Origin: Nitrospirota bacterium
Lineage (GTDB): Bacteria; Nitrospirota; Nitrospiria; JACRHA01
Direction: 5' to 3'
DNA: 64,000 nucleotides
Assembly: GCA_016234185.1 (NCBI GenBank)
Contig: JACRHA010000056.1
Coordinates: 5,553-69,552 of the forward strand
A program made the position numbers and the translations under genes. Of this stretch, positions 30,919 to 42,280 are shown in pieces. A model generated the notes under the pieces. It worked only from the letters and a program-made list of their open reading frames with translations, was not told the DNA's origin and did no database searches. How positions within the stretch are numbered: position 1 is the first letter of the stretch; each line of letters opens with the position of its first letter.

Positions 30919-31353
30919 TTATTTTAAGGAACCCAGGTTCAATACCGCCATGGTAATCCTTGAGATGCAGACCAGTTTATCCTTCTCGTTTTGAATCCTG
31001 ATATCCCATAATTGTGTAGTAGCTCCGATATGTACAGGCATGGCTACCCCGTATACAAAGCCGGATCTAACCTGTCGGATATGGTTGGCATTTATTTCTA
31101 ACCCCACGCACATCTTCCTGTTTCTATCCACACAAAGGTTGGCCGCCATGCTCCCCAGGGTCTCTGCCAGGGCAACTGATGCACCGCCATGCAGGATGCC
31201 CGCCGGCTGTTTGGTCCTGTGATCTACAGGCATCCTGGCCTTAATATAATCACTCCCTATCTCCAGGAATTCGATCCCGAGGTGATCAACCATAGTCTTC
31301 ATGTACAGGTTATTCAGATCTTCCGGCGTAACCTTTTTAAACCAGATAGACAT
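30919..31353 (-). CDS. Hotdog-fold thioesterase (MenI/PaaI-like)
   Basis: QPAGILHGGASVALAETLGS, VGLEINANH. Confidence 0.92.
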   Translation of the reverse strand: MSIWFKKVTPEDLNNLYMKTMVDHLGIEFLEIGSDYIKARMPVDHRTKQPAGILHGGASVALAETLGSMAANLCVDRNRKMCVGLEINANHIRQVRSGFVYGVAMPVHIGATTQLWDIRIQNEKDKLVCISRITMAVLNLGSLK

Positions 31354-31421
31354 ATTGCATGACCCCCCTTTCTTCCCTCTCCGCCCTTTGTTATAATCCA
31401 GTTTATCCGGTGAGTCAATAT

Positions 31422-31847
31422 ATGTCTAATTCATCTGTCAGTACTGAAAAATGGAAGACCCTTGAAAAACGCCTCCAAAAATTAGGCATCAGCGAAGATG
31501 ACCTTGAGGAACGCTTTGTACGCTCAAGCGGCCATGGCGGCCAGAACGTAAACAAGGTCTCAACCTGTGTTATGCTGATCCATCGCCCCTCCGGGCTTTT
31601 AGTACGCTGTCAGGAGGCCCGCACCCAGGGGATGAACAGATACATTGCAAGAAGGCGCCTGGCTGAGAAGATGGAAGAGATGCTTTTAGGCGCAGAAAGC
31701 AGGCGCCGGCAGGAGATCGAGAAGATCCGAAGGCAGAAAAGAAGGCGAAGCAAGCGAGCCAAAGAGAAAATGCTTGAGGAGAAACATCACCGTGCAGGGA
31801 TCAAGAGGGCTAGAAGGATGGCCGGGGAAGGATCTGATCTTGACTAG
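31422..31847 (+). CDS. ArfB-like ribosome rescue peptidyl-tRNA hydrolase
   Basis: RSSGHGGQNVNKVST (GGQ) and a basic C-terminal tail. Confidence 0.88.
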   Translation: MSNSSVSTEKWKTLEKRLQKLGISEDDLEERFVRSSGHGGQNVNKVSTCVMLIHRPSGLLVRCQEARTQGMNRYIARRRLAEKMEEMLLGAESRRRQEIEKIRRQKRRRSKRAKEKMLEEKHHRAGIKRARRMAGEGSDLD

Positions 31848-32003
31848 CGATTTTAGCGGGGTTTATAATAAAAATATAAAGAGTGGTACAGATTTAGCGG
31901 TCCACTAGATTCTGCCTATTAACTGGAAGGTTTTGAGTCTCAAAAAGATCCTCGAGTAGTTTTCGGATACGATTGAATCATCTGATCTTGGAGGTATGTC
32001 ATC

Positions 32004-32501
32004 ATGAAGAGCGGAAGAATCATTACTGCAATAATGGTTCTTATTATAATATCCTTGTCTGGATGTGTGGCAAGGGAGCGCTACATGGAGCTTTTGGATG
32101 AGGCAAAGACATATCAAAAGAATCTCCAGAAGGAACAGACCAGGAATAACGAACTTTCCAAAAAGGTCTCTGATCTTGAAAAGACAGCAGCCGGCGTTAC
32201 AGCAGACAGGACAACTGAGATAGAAAGGTTAAGAGATGAACTGGCAAGGGTGAAAAGTGATGCAGAAAGGGCAGGAGAACTTAGTAAGAGACTGGCTGAC
32301 CTTAATCTTGAGATAGACCATCTCAAGGCATCTTTGCAGGGAAGGGAAGCCATATTAAAAGAAGAGATAGAGAGGCTCAGGATCCAGATAGCATCCCAGA
32401 GGGATGAGGCAGCGCGAAGGGAAATGGAGCTTGCCGCAATTAGAGAGAAGTATGAGGATATGATCATAGGCATAGTTAATAAAATGACCAAAGGTGAATA
32501 G
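32004..32501 (+). CDS. Coiled-coil lipoprotein
   Basis: Lipobox LSGC followed by heptad-rich sequence. Confidence 0.7.
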   Translation: MKSGRIITAIMVLIIISLSGCVARERYMELLDEAKTYQKNLQKEQTRNNELSKKVSDLEKTAAGVTADRTTEIERLRDELARVKSDAERAGELSKRLADLNLEIDHLKASLQGREAILKEEIERLRIQIASQRDEAARREMELAAIREKYEDMIIGIVNKMTKGE

Positions 32502-33330
32502 GTTTTCTATGATACCAAAAAAAAGAATAAGAATAGTGCCGGTCTTGATTGTTTTTCTCTTGATCACCTTTTTTGGCTCAGATCAGGTACTTGCCAGGGA
32601 TCTTTTCATGGAAGAGGAAGAGGCACCGCAAATCTTTGGAGTCACACTAGGGATTGAAACCGGTATTACATCCAGGAATATTGTAGAGGAGGATCCCGTA
32701 TTCGCAGGCTTCAAGGTGAGCGGAGATGCAGTTTCAACAAGATTCCTGGCAAAGATCGGATTGAGATTCTTCGACAGGTTCGAGATCTACGGCAAGGGGG
32801 GCGGCGCAGACCTTTCTATATCTGATTTCAACGATTTTGATGCAAGACCGGCGCCTGCCTACGGAGGAGGTTTAAGGATTGATCTTTACCAGGGTCCAAG
32901 ACCCGAAGGAATAAAGTTGTTTTTAGATAGCAATTTCCTCTATTTTGTCGTTAAAGATAGGATCCAGATACTGGATTGCCCTCTAACTTCTTGCGCGGAC
33001 TCAGACCTTCTCCCAAGGATGGCGGATGAGAAGATAAGCTGGAGGGAGGGGACTATATCAGCAGGAGGGAGCTTCAGACATGACTATTTTGAGCCCTATG
33101 GCGGGGTAAGGCTATCATTTGTACGGGGGGATGATATACTTGAAGTTAAGGAGGATGCTAATTTCCCTGATCCATTGAAACTAAAAGTTGACCTAGATGA
33201 GGATAACAATTTTGGCATCTTCTTTGGTACAAACATATATCTTGACAGGAGCGATAAAAGCGCAATAAGCCTCGAGTTCTCTGCCATTGATCAGCTTGCA
33301 TTCATAGCAGGATTCAAGGCAGCTTTTTAA
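32494..33330 (+). CDS. Putative outer-membrane beta-barrel protein
   Basis: Signal peptide, amphipathic strands, C-terminal F. Confidence 0.65.
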   Translation: MNRFSMIPKKRIRIVPVLIVFLLITFFGSDQVLARDLFMEEEEAPQIFGVTLGIETGITSRNIVEEDPVFAGFKVSGDAVSTRFLAKIGLRFFDRFEIYGKGGGADLSISDFNDFDARPAPAYGGGLRIDLYQGPRPEGIKLFLDSNFLYFVVKDRIQILDCPLTSCADSDLLPRMADEKISWREGTISAGGSFRHDYFEPYGGVRLSFVRGDDILEVKEDANFPDPLKLKVDLDEDNNFGIFFGTNIYLDRSDKSAISLEFSAIDQLAFIAGFKAAF

Positions 33331-33345
33331 AACTAGCTTTAAGAG

Positions 33346-33699
33346 GTGAAGGTTATGCTTAAGAAATATCTATATCGGCTGGTGATCTTGATGATCGGGA
33401 TTACAGTGATTTTTATCATGACCGGTTGCCATGCCACCCAGTCAGGCTATATATATGATGAGAACTACCCATATCCATATCCGGCAAACTACTATCCCTA
33501 TTATTATCCATACCCCTATTTCTATCCGCATGTCTTCTTCGGGAGCGATATCCTGATCATTCAATCCAACAGGGACGGGTCAGGCCAATCTACTGACGAA
33601 GGTATAGGCGGAAGGGTATTGAGGAGCGGGCCATCGGGTTCTGGCGGGAGAAGTTTATCTTCCAACTCATCAGCGGGAAAGCGGAGCCTGGAGAGATAG
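33346..33699 (+). CDS. Small Tyr/Pro-rich lipoprotein
   Basis: MTGC lipobox, YPYPANYYPYYYPYPY, Gly/Ser-rich tail. Confidence 0.6.
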   Translation: MKVMLKKYLYRLVILMIGITVIFIMTGCHATQSGYIYDENYPYPYPANYYPYYYPYPYFYPHVFFGSDILIIQSNRDGSGQSTDEGIGGRVLRSGPSGSGGRSLSSNSSAGKRSLER

Positions 33700-33712
33700 T
33701 CATTTCCTGGCA

Positions 33713-34666
33713 TTAGCCCCCGCCAAAGACCCCCATGTTACGGTACTTCTCGTGTCTCAATCTGCTTAGATCTTCAACCGGAATACCATCCAGGTTGGCC
33801 AGATGATCTTCAAGTGATTTTTTCAGGTTTTCTGCCATAAGCACAGGATCCCTATGGGCACCGCCTTCCGGCTCCTGGATAATTGCATCTATTATACCAA
33901 GCCCGATCAGGTCCCTTGCTGTCATCTTTAATGCCTCTGATGCCTCAGCGGCCTTTGATCCATCCTTCCAGAGGATTGCGGCGCACCCTTCAGGAGAAAT
34001 AACGGAATATACTGCATTTTCAAGCATTAATACCCTGTCCCCCACCCCAAGGGCCAGTGCACCGCCGCTCCCGCCCTCCCCAACAATAACGGCAATGATC
34101 GGGACACTGAGCGAGATCATGGTGATAAGATTCCTTGCTATCGCCTCAGCCTGTCCCCTTTCTTCCGCCCCCATACCGGGATAGGCCCCAGGAGTATCTA
34201 TAAGGGTGACAACGGACATATTAAACCTCTCAGCCATCTTCATAAGACGCAAGGCCTTTCTGTAACCCTCCGGATTTGGCATTCCAAAGTTCCTGAATAC
34301 CTTCTCCCTTACACCCTTTCCCTTCTGCGTTCCGATCAGAAAGATACGCCTGGCCCCTAGTCTGCATATCCCGCCTATGATAGCCGGATCATCAGAAAAT
34401 AACCGGTCTCCATGCAGCTCTGTGAAGTCCTGGAAGATCATGGAAATATACTCCTGAGTACCGGGACGGTTTGGATGCCTTGCAATCTGAACCCTCTGCC
34501 ATGGATTTAACGCGGAATATACCTCTTCTCTTAATTCAACTGCCTTCCTTTCAAGCTTCATTATCTCATTGAGCAGAGAGGGATCCTTATCTAATATACC
34601 CTTTAATTTCTCTATCTTCTCCTCTACCTCTCCAATCGGTTTTTCAAATTCCAGATAATCCTTCAT
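33713..34666 (-). CDS. accA: Acetyl-CoA carboxylase carboxyltransferase alpha subunit
   Basis: ARHPNRP, FGMPNPEGYRKA, GEGGSGGALA. Confidence 0.98.
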   Translation of the reverse strand: MKDYLEFEKPIGEVEEKIEKLKGILDKDPSLLNEIMKLERKAVELREEVYSALNPWQRVQIARHPNRPGTQEYISMIFQDFTELHGDRLFSDDPAIIGGICRLGARRIFLIGTQKGKGVREKVFRNFGMPNPEGYRKALRLMKMAERFNMSVVTLIDTPGAYPGMGAEERGQAEAIARNLITMISLSVPIIAVIVGEGGSGGALALGVGDRVLMLENAVYSVISPEGCAAILWKDGSKAAEASEALKMTARDLIGLGIIDAIIQEPEGGAHRDPVLMAENLKKSLEDHLANLDGIPVEDLSRLRHEKYRNMGVFGGG

Positions 34667-34674
34667 CCGTCCCC

Positions 34675-37600
34675 CTATGTAAATGATACCGTGCCTTTTC
34701 CAAAAGAGGTCTCTATTGCCAAAACAAAGGAATCTGTCGGACTGACCTTGAGGTTTTCATCAACAGCAATAACCGACTCATGCTGATCAGGATGGTGAAT
34801 CCTGAGATAAACCAGGCAGTCCCCCTGATACCTGCAAAGTATCTTTTTAAGATTAATTAAATCCGGCGCTTTAATCCCTTCAGAGTTCAGCGAGATATCA
34901 ACCCTGCTGACAGGCTTTAAAAGTGCATCGGAAAGGAGTTCCATATCCTTTGCCCTTATCTTTGCCCCCTTTTCTCCCCTGTCGATCCAGCCTGATACGA
35001 GGAGAGGTGCATCTGCCAGAATGAGGGTAGAAACCTTCTTGAAGAGCTCGGGAAAGATAATAACCTCAAATGAACCATGCAGGTCTTCAACCTGAACATA
35101 GGCCATCTTCTCTCCCCTTTTTGTATTTATCACCTTTTTGCCGCCTATTATACCGCATATCGTTACCCTGCTGCCATCAGGCATACTGCCCACATCCTCA
35201 GACATAGAAACAGAAAACCTCTTAAGTTCAGACTCATATCTTGCCAGGGGGTGGCTGGTGACATAGAATCCAACCGACTCCTTTTCGTTTCTTAGTATCT
35301 GTGTCTCATCCCATTCAGGCATATCAGGCAGTTTCTCTTCTGCCGCAAAAGAACCGTTGTCAGGGCCGTCGGAAATAGAAGGAGAGAAGATATTTATCTG
35401 GCCGTTTGTCCTCTCCCTCTGAATGGTTACACCTTCTTCCATGGCCCTCTCCATAACCTCCATAAGCTGGGATCTCTTCGCCCCGGTAGAGTCAAAGGCG
35501 CCGCTCTTTATAAGGCCCTCTATGACCCGGCGGTTTACCTTTCGCAGATCAACCCGCCGGCAGAAGTCAAAGATCGACTTGAACCTTCCCCCCTCTTCCC
35601 TGGCAGTGATAATAGATTCAATGGCAATTGAACCCACATTCTTAATTGCGGCAAGTCCAAACCTGATTCCGTGCGAAATTGCCGTAAAATCATTATAACT
35701 CTCATTCACATCCGGCGGCAGGATCGCAATCCCCATATCTCTGCAAGCCCTGATATACCCGACAATTTTATCTGAATTCCCCATTTCGCTTGAGAGCATT
35801 GCCGTCATAAATTCAACAGGATAATGGGCCTTAAGATATGCGGTCTGATAGGATATCAGGGCATAGGCGGCACTGTGGGACTTATTGAAGCCATAACCTG
35901 CAAAATAGGCCATCTGGTCAAATATCTTTTCAGCCTTCTTTTCATCAATCCCTCTTTTAATAGCACCTTTTATAAAGTCTTCTTTCTGCCTGGCCATTTC
36001 CTCCGGCTTTTTCTTGCCCATGGCCCTTCTTAAGATATCTGCATCACCCAGCGAGAACCCTGCGAGAAGGTTGGCGACCTTCATCACCTGCTCCTGATAC
36101 ACCATCACACCATAGGTCTCTTCGAGGATATCCTTAAGATCAGGGGTTTCATATTCGATCCTTACATCCCCGCGCTTTCTCTTAATGAAGTCGTCTATCA
36201 TGCCGCTCCCTATCGGGCCAGGGCGATAGAGCGCCAGGATAGCTATAATCTCCTCAAACCTTTCCGGCCCCATCTTTGTAAGGATATCCCTCATTCCGGA
36301 ACTTTCAAGCTGGAATACCCCGGCTGTATCTCCTGAAGAGAGGAGCCTGTAGGTCTCCTTATCATCAAGCGGTATATCGGTTATCATGAGACTGTCCTGC
36401 TTCCCCTTGTTTATCAACTTTACAGCCTTATCAATCACTGTCAGGGTTTTTAAGCCCAGGAAGTCGAATTTAATCAGGCCGATCTTTTCTATCGCCTCCA
36501 TCGAATATTGGGTTACAATTTCACCCTTCGTCCCTCTGTACAGGGGGAGGTGTTCCATTATGGGTGCGTCTGATATGACTATGCCTGCGGCATGGGTTGA
36601 GGCGTGTCTTGTCAGCCCCTCAAGTTCCTTTGCAATTGATATAAGTTCGCTGATCTTCTGATTCTGCTCTATCAATTCCCTGAGCTTAGGTTCAGCGTCT
36701 ATCGCTTCATCTATGGTTATATTGAGTGTATTTGGAACAAGCTTGGCAACTTTATCCACCTCTATATAGGGGATCTCAAGGGCCCTGCCAACGTCCCTGA
36801 TAGCGCCCTTTGCAGCCATAGTCCCGAACGTAATGATCTGGGATACGTGGTCTGACCCGAATCTTTCTATAACATGGGCTATCACCTCGTCGCGCCTCTC
36901 CATGCAGAAGTCGATATCTATGTCAGGCAGCGTGATCCTTTCAGGATTTAAAAACCTCTCAAATATAAGGCCATATGCCAGTGGATCTATATCTGTAATC
37001 CTGAGGGAGAAGGCAACAAGGCTCCCTGCCGCAGAACCCCTGCCGGGTCCGACAGGGATACCGCTTGATTTTGCGTGGTTTACTATATCCCAAACAATAA
37101 GAAAATATCCTGCATAGCCCATCTTGTTTATTATATTAAGCTCTATATCCAGCCTGTCTTCATATAATTTAGGATCGATATCGCCGACCTTTTCAGACAG
37201 CCTCTGTTTTAGTCCCTTCCTTGTCAGCTCTTCCATGTATCCTTCCTTTGTATAACCCTCAGGAACGCTGTATTGCGGAAGATGGAACTTGCCGAAGGTT
37301 AGATCAAGTGAGACCATATCGGCAATCCTTCTCGTATTTGCAATGGCTTCGGGGACATCCTTAAAGGAGTTCTTCATCTCGGCGGGAGACTTAAAGTAAA
37401 ATTGGTCTGTCTGCATCTTAAGCCTGTCGGTATCGGATATCGTCTTTCCTGTCTGAAGACAGAGGAGGATATCATGGGCCCTGGAATCCTCCCTCTTAAG
37501 ATAGTGACAATCATTTGTAGCCACAAGGGGTATGGACAACTTTTTGGAGATCCGGATAAGTTCGCGATTCAGGGTCTTCTGCTCCTCTATGCCATTATCC

Positions 37601-38139
37601 TGGATCTCAAGGAAATAGTTCCCCTTTCCCATAATCTCCTCGTATCTTATTGCCGTACACTCCGCTTCATCATGCATGCCACGGGAGATTAAAGAGGAGA
37701 CCTCGCCCTTCATACAGCTGCTTAAGGCCACGAGCCCCTCCCTGTACCTCAATAAAAGTTCTTTATCGATCCTCGGCTTATAATAGAAGCCTTCTGTCTG
37801 GGCATAGCTAATCAGCTTTATAAGGTTTCTGTAGCCTACCAGATCCTTTGCAAGGAGGATCAGGTGAAAAGATGAGTGGGACACATCTGATGATGGGGTC
37901 CTGTCCAGTCTGCTGCCCGGGGCTATGTAGACCTCTGATCCGATAATAGGCTTTATGCCCTGGCTCCTGGCCTTCTGGTAGAAATCTATAGCCCCAAACA
38001 TATTCCCATGGTCGGTAATGGCAAGGGCCGGCATGCCGTATTTCTTTGCCTCGGAGAGGACCTGGTCAATCTGGATCGCACCATCCAAGAGACTATACTG
38101 GGTATGCATATGCAGGTGTACAAAATCTGACTGATCCAT
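34675..38139 (-). CDS. dnaE: DNA polymerase III alpha subunit
   Basis: PHP (HLHMHTQYSLLDG), GRGSAAGS, PDIDIDF, GFNKSHSAAY. Confidence 0.98.
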   Translation of the reverse strand: MDQSDFVHLHMHTQYSLLDGAIQIDQVLSEAKKYGMPALAITDHGNMFGAIDFYQKARSQGIKPIIGSEVYIAPGSRLDRTPSSDVSHSSFHLILLAKDLVGYRNLIKLISYAQTEGFYYKPRIDKELLLRYREGLVALSSCMKGEVSSLISRGMHDEAECTAIRYEEIMGKGNYFLEIQDNGIEEQKTLNRELIRISKKLSIPLVATNDCHYLKREDSRAHDILLCLQTGKTISDTDRLKMQTDQFYFKSPAEMKNSFKDVPEAIANTRRIADMVSLDLTFGKFHLPQYSVPEGYTKEGYMEELTRKGLKQRLSEKVGDIDPKLYEDRLDIELNIINKMGYAGYFLIVWDIVNHAKSSGIPVGPGRGSAAGSLVAFSLRITDIDPLAYGLIFERFLNPERITLPDIDIDFCMERRDEVIAHVIERFGSDHVSQIITFGTMAAKGAIRDVGRALEIPYIEVDKVAKLVPNTLNITIDEAIDAEPKLRELIEQNQKISELISIAKELEGLTRHASTHAAGIVISDAPIMEHLPLYRGTKGEIVTQYSMEAIEKIGLIKFDFLGLKTLTVIDKAVKLINKGKQDSLMITDIPLDDKETYRLLSSGDTAGVFQLESSGMRDILTKMGPERFEEIIAILALYRPGPIGSGMIDDFIKRKRGDVRIEYETPDLKDILEETYGVMVYQEQVMKVANLLAGFSLGDADILRRAMGKKKPEEMARQKEDFIKGAIKRGIDEKKAEKIFDQMAYFAGYGFNKSHSAAYALISYQTAYLKAHYPVEFMTAMLSSEMGNSDKIVGYIRACRDMGIAILPPDVNESYNDFTAISHGIRFGLAAIKNVGSIAIESIITAREEGGRFKSIFDFCRRVDLRKVNRRVIEGLIKSGAFDSTGAKRSQLMEVMERAMEEGVTIQRERTNGQINIFSPSISDGPDNGSFAAEEKLPDMPEWDETQILRNEKESVGFYVTSHPLARYESELKRFSVSMSEDVGSMPDGSRVTICGIIGGKKVINTKRGEKMAYVQVEDLHGSFEVIIFPELFKKVSTLILADAPLLVSGWIDRGEKGAKIRAKDMELLSDALLKPVSRVDISLNSEGIKAPDLINLKKILCRYQGDCLVYLRIHHPDQHESVIAVDENLKVSPTDSFVLAIETSFGKGTVSFT

Positions 38140-38903
38140 TATTTAAAATCCCTCCTCTGAAAGATTATTACAGAAGACAATAAGATCATAGTTATATACA
38201 GGAGACCGTAAAGGACAGACATGACAATAAAGGAGGGATCCAGCGCGATATTATGGACTACCTCTCCCTTTATATTAAAGTTCTCCAGGTTAGGAAGTAT
38301 ATAATACAGGGCATCCATCATGAATACCATTACCGGGTTCCCGAGTTTTGCAGCAAATGCCTTCAGGTCTCCTAATAAGTGTCCAATAACATATATAGAT
38401 ATGGTAAAGATAGCGCTTAATGCAGATGTGGTAAAGGTCGAAAACATCAGGGCAACCGCAGTAACGACCATCATTTCAACATAGATCAATAAAATAGCCT
38501 TAATCATATCAGGGGTAATATTGTATGACATGATTAAAAGTACCGCAAAAAAACCTATCACCATAATCGATGTATTCACAAACAGGGTTATAAGCAGACC
38601 GAGATATTTCCCAAGGAGGAACTGATATCTGTAAATAGGCTTTGATATGATTGTATAAATAGTCTTTTTTTCTATCTCTTTGCTTACAAGTCCTATTCCA
38701 ACAAAGATTGCAATTAAGATGCCGAAGATATTGATGCTGGCCAGACCGATATCCATTATGATCTTGGATTGCTCCCCTATAGTCAGGGTGCTCAATAAAA
38801 CGGATGAGCCGATCATCAGGAGGGCAAAAAAGAGGAGGTTATAGAGAACCTTCTCCCTGACAGTCTCCCTGAAGGTATTTAAGGCAATTACAACTATCTT
38901 CAT
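38139..38903 (-). CDS. ABC-2 type permease (PilI-like)
   Basis: IALNTFRE, EIEKKTIYTIISKP, FQRRDF. Confidence 0.85.
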   Translation of the reverse strand: MKIVVIALNTFRETVREKVLYNLLFFALLMIGSSVLLSTLTIGEQSKIIMDIGLASINIFGILIAIFVGIGLVSKEIEKKTIYTIISKPIYRYQFLLGKYLGLLITLFVNTSIMVIGFFAVLLIMSYNITPDMIKAILLIYVEMMVVTAVALMFSTFTTSALSAIFTISIYVIGHLLGDLKAFAAKLGNPVMVFMMDALYYILPNLENFNIKGEVVHNIALDPSFIVMSVLYGLLYITMILLSSVIIFQRRDFK

Positions 38904-38909
38904 GGCAGC

Positions 38910-39818
38910 CTAATTTGTACCTACCTCTTTTATAAAGTAGTCCTCCAGGGATTCCTTCTGGGGGATAATGGAGATGACCTTTCCATTCATTTTGCTGGTA
39001 AGCTCAATTACCTCATTTACCTGCTGTTCATTACCCAATCTCATAATAATCCTGTCACCTGCCGTCATGACCCCTTTATCTATTTTTGATACAACCTCCG
39101 CTCCGACCCCCTCGGCAATGACCTCTATATATTTCAATCTGGCCTCAAGGATCTCATCCAGCCTGCCAACATTTATAAGCTTTCCTCTGTTTAATATCCC
39201 TACCCTGTCACAGATCATCTCGGCATCAGAAAGTATATGGGAGCTGAAGAATACCGTCTTGCCATCGCTTCTTAATTTAAGGATGATATCCCTTATCTCC
39301 CTCCTGCCGATCGGATCCAATCCTGACATCGGCTCATCAAGGATTACCAGTCTGGGGTCATTGATCAATGCCTGGGCTATCCCTATCCTCTGGAGCATAC
39401 CTTTTGAAAACTTTCCGAGCGGGAGGTGCCTGTTGTCTGATAATCCTACCATCTCTAATAATCTTTCTATCCGGCCCTTCAGCAGGTTCTTTTCTATCTC
39501 GAAAAGCCCGCCATAAAATCGCAGAAATTCATGGGCTGTAAGATAGTCGTAAAAGTATGGGGCCTCAGGAAGAAAGCCTATTTCCTTTTTTACAGCCGCG
39601 TTGGTTAGTTCCCTTCCCAGGAGCCATGCCCTGCCTGAGGTAGGGTAGATGAGGCCCATCAAAAGTTTGAGGGTAGTGGTTTTACCTGCCCCGTTTGGAC
39701 CCAGGAACCCGAATATCTCTTTTTCATTCACCTGGAGGTTTAGATAAGAGAGGGCCGTAACCTTCCTGCCCCAGAAGCCCACCCTGAAGACCTTTGTCAG
39801 TCCCTCTGTCCTGATCAT
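38910..39818 (-). CDS. ABC transporter ATP-binding protein (PilH-like)
   Basis: GPNGAGKTT, FSKGMLQR, LDEPMSGLDP. Confidence 0.9.
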   Translation of the reverse strand: MIRTEGLTKVFRVGFWGRKVTALSYLNLQVNEKEIFGFLGPNGAGKTTTLKLLMGLIYPTSGRAWLLGRELTNAAVKKEIGFLPEAPYFYDYLTAHEFLRFYGGLFEIEKNLLKGRIERLLEMVGLSDNRHLPLGKFSKGMLQRIGIAQALINDPRLVILDEPMSGLDPIGRREIRDIILKLRSDGKTVFFSSHILSDAEMICDRVGILNRGKLINVGRLDEILEARLKYIEVIAEGVGAEVVSKIDKGVMTAGDRIIMRLGNEQQVNEVIELTSKMNGKVISIIPQKESLEDYFIKEVGTN

Positions 39819-40102
39819 AATCTTATTGATAAAGGGTCAAATTCATTCAATGAATTTACACCAGTTGAGGGGGGAAAGGCAAGATCACAATTAAATTTCC
39901 CTCGGCTCTATTAAGAGCTTAACACCCTATTAACCCTGGATAAGGTCATCTCTGACAAGATAGCGGATTATGGTATTGGCGTCAGGAAAACTTCTTGCGG
40001 GTTTTCTCACGGACAGCCTCCTCCCAGGGTTATGCGTGCCCAAAAATTCATCGGCCTTATTGCGTAAATCCTCATAACTGTGAATGGGTATTTGGTCATT
40101 AT

Positions 40103-42133
40103 CTACCAGGATGCGACTTCTGCTGTCCCTATCCGGCCTGCTGCAACCAGACCCTCCTTTTGCCTTGCAGTCTTCTCATGCTGATCAGAATTAATCTTAA
40201 ATCTGCCGACTACCTCCATTAGTTCCCCGCCCATCCTGGCCAGTGTCTGAGAGGCCGACATGACGTTAGCCGCCCCTTCGGCGGTGCTCCTGGAAGCAGT
40301 AGCCACGCCGGATATGCTCTGGACCACCTCGCCCGTCCCTGTTGCCGCCTCCGCCATGTTCCGGCTGATATCTGTAGTTGTTGCTGCCTGCTCCTCTACG
40401 GCCCCGGCGATTGCCGTAGATATCTCGTTAATCTTGCCGACAATCTCTCTTATTTCATCTATGGCCAATACAGCGCCCCTGTTATCAGCCTGGATCGCCT
40501 CGATCTTCCGGCTGATCTCCTCTGTGGCCTTTGCCGTCTCCTTGGCAAGCTCCTTCACCTCGTTTGCCACAACGGCAAAGCCTTTGCCGGCCTCCCCCGC
40601 ACGGGCAGCTTCAATGGTTGCGTTAAGCGCCAGGAGGTTTGTCTGCTGGGCAATAGAAGTTATGACCTTTATTACCTTGCCTATCTCAATACTCGACTCA
40701 TTTAGTTTTGAAATTGTAGTATTGGTAGATTCGGCAACATTAACAGCCTGCGAAGTAATCCTGCCCGCCTCCTGGACATTTTTTGAGATCTCCTTGATGG
40801 TTGCCGTCATCTCCTCTGCCGCTGTTGCAACTGTCTGGACATTTCTGTTGGTCTGTTCTCCTGCCGCCGAGACGCTGCTTGCCTGGCGATTCGTCTCCTC
40901 TGAATTGGCGCTCATCTGCTGACTGGAGGCTGCCAGTCCCTCCGATGTGACATATATCCTTTTGGAGGTGTTTTCAATGCCCGCAAAGGTTTCGCGGAGC
41001 CTTACCACCATGGAACAGAAGGATCGGACAAGAGATCCTATTTCATCGTTCCCCCTGGCCTTAATCTCCACTGTCAGGTCGCCTTCTGATATCCTTTCCA
41101 CCACCCGGACCATCTCATACATCGGTCTGGTAATGCCCCTCATTAAAAAGTAGGTCAGAAAAACCGTAGCCATGAGAGAAACAAGGGTTATTATCATGAA
41201 GAGCATAAGACCAAGATTCGCACCCCTTTTTAATTGATCTGCATTTGCATTTATGTCATTCGAGAGCCTCTCTTCTACCTCTTTTAAGAGATTTATCTTA
41301 CCGGTCATCATTGTAAACCAATAGGCAGAATCAACCCCCAGATTCCCCTGGCTCGCTCTATCTATGGCAATCTTCCTCATCCTTGCGGTCTCATCTATAA
41401 ATTGACCCTGCATCTTATTTTTATAGAATTCCTTCTGCTCCTCTTTAGCAATCGATAAAAACTGATTTAAATAGATATCCTGGGCATTTACAGCGTAGAT
41501 GAATTTATTATATATCCCCTCTTCAAATCTGCCTACACCAAAGGTATTACTCATAGTAGCCCTTTCTACGCCTGCCTTCTCTTTTGACCTCAGGAAACTT
41601 ACATAGGCCAATATCTGGATTGAAAGCCCCGGATTGGCGCTTATCCTGGATATATGGTCTATTACCTTTAAAAAGGAGGCGTTCATATCTGTGTAATAAC
41701 CGATTCCTTCCCCGCCGGAGATATTAAAGGCATTAACTGAGTCCCTGTGCCCCCTTATTCTGTTAAGGTTATTGAGCGCCATTTCCAGGTCATTTTTAAA
41801 CCCGGCATCAAACCTGTTCCTGTTAAAACCCTTCATAAAATCATCCATGGCTTCTATCTTCTTGTCGGTATTGGACCTCTGGGTTCTAAGCTCTTCGGTA
41901 TATTTCGTCCCCTTGCTTCCCATAAATACACCTGTAGCGCCTCTTTCTTTCTGCGATTCATGCACAAACCCGCTTATCTTAACTACAAGGACAGACAGAT
42001 CCCCCAATCTCTCCATCTCGCCTGAAAGCCTCCATATTTCAGCGATCCCGGTTAAGGCAAAATAGAGGAGGGCCAGGATCGGGATAATAACCATCAGGAT
42101 GAGCTTATGCGCTATTTTTATATGCTTAAACAT
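40103..42133 (-). CDS. Methyl-accepting chemotaxis protein with NIT (nitrate/nitrite) sensor domain
   Basis: VHESQKERG and [12 protein letters not shown] motifs, [31 protein letters not shown]. Confidence 0.92.
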   Translation of the reverse strand: MFKHIKIAHKLILMVIIPILALLYFALTGIAEIWRLSGEMERLGDLSVLVVKISGFVHESQKERGATGVFMGSKGTKYTEELRTQRSNTDKKIEAMDDFMKGFNRNRFDAGFKNDLEMALNNLNRIRGHRDSVNAFNISGGEGIGYYTDMNASFLKVIDHISRISANPGLSIQILAYVSFLRSKEKAGVERATMSNTFGVGRFEEGIYNKFIYAVNAQDIYLNQFLSIAKEEQKEFYKNKMQGQFIDETARMRKIAIDRASQGNLGVDSAYWFTMMTGKINLLKEVEERLSNDINANADQLKRGANLGLMLFMIITLVSLMATVFLTYFLMRGITRPMYEMVRVVERISEGDLTVEIKARGNDEIGSLVRSFCSMVVRLRETFAGIENTSKRIYVTSEGLAASSQQMSANSEETNRQASSVSAAGEQTNRNVQTVATAAEEMTATIKEISKNVQEAGRITSQAVNVAESTNTTISKLNESSIEIGKVIKVITSIAQQTNLLALNATIEAARAGEAGKGFAVVANEVKELAKETAKATEEISRKIEAIQADNRGAVLAIDEIREIVGKINEISTAIAGAVEEQAATTTDISRNMAEAATGTGEVVQSISGVATASRSTAEGAANVMSASQTLARMGGELMEVVGRFKINSDQHEKTARQKEGLVAAGRIGTAEVASW

Positions 42134-42150
42134 CTACACTTCTCCTTTAG

Positions 42151-42280
42151 GAGCCTGTTGCACAAATGCTATTTATGCTTCGACAAGCTCAGCATGAACG
42201 GTAAAGTTTAATGATTTCAATACATGCTCCGCTCGCCCTGAGCCTGTCGAAGGGCAAAATTTGGTTTGTGCAACAGGCTC
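42151..42280. mobile_element. 130-bp MITE with 16-bp perfect TIRs and TTAG target duplication (IS5-family-like ends)
   Basis: GAGCCTGTTGCACAAA...TTTGTGCAACAGGCTC; TTAG at 42147-42150 and 42281-42284; internal CTTCGACAAGCTCAG/CTGAGCCTGTCGAAG pair. Confidence 0.9.

Noticed and set aside
34675..38139. Intein or repeat insertion in dnaE
   Set aside because: Normal length (1154 aa) with contiguous motifs.
39960..40100. Possible riboswitch upstream of the ABC genes
   Set aside because: Only a faint GEMM-like ACGCATAACC; required motifs and stems not found. An Rfam scan would be needed.
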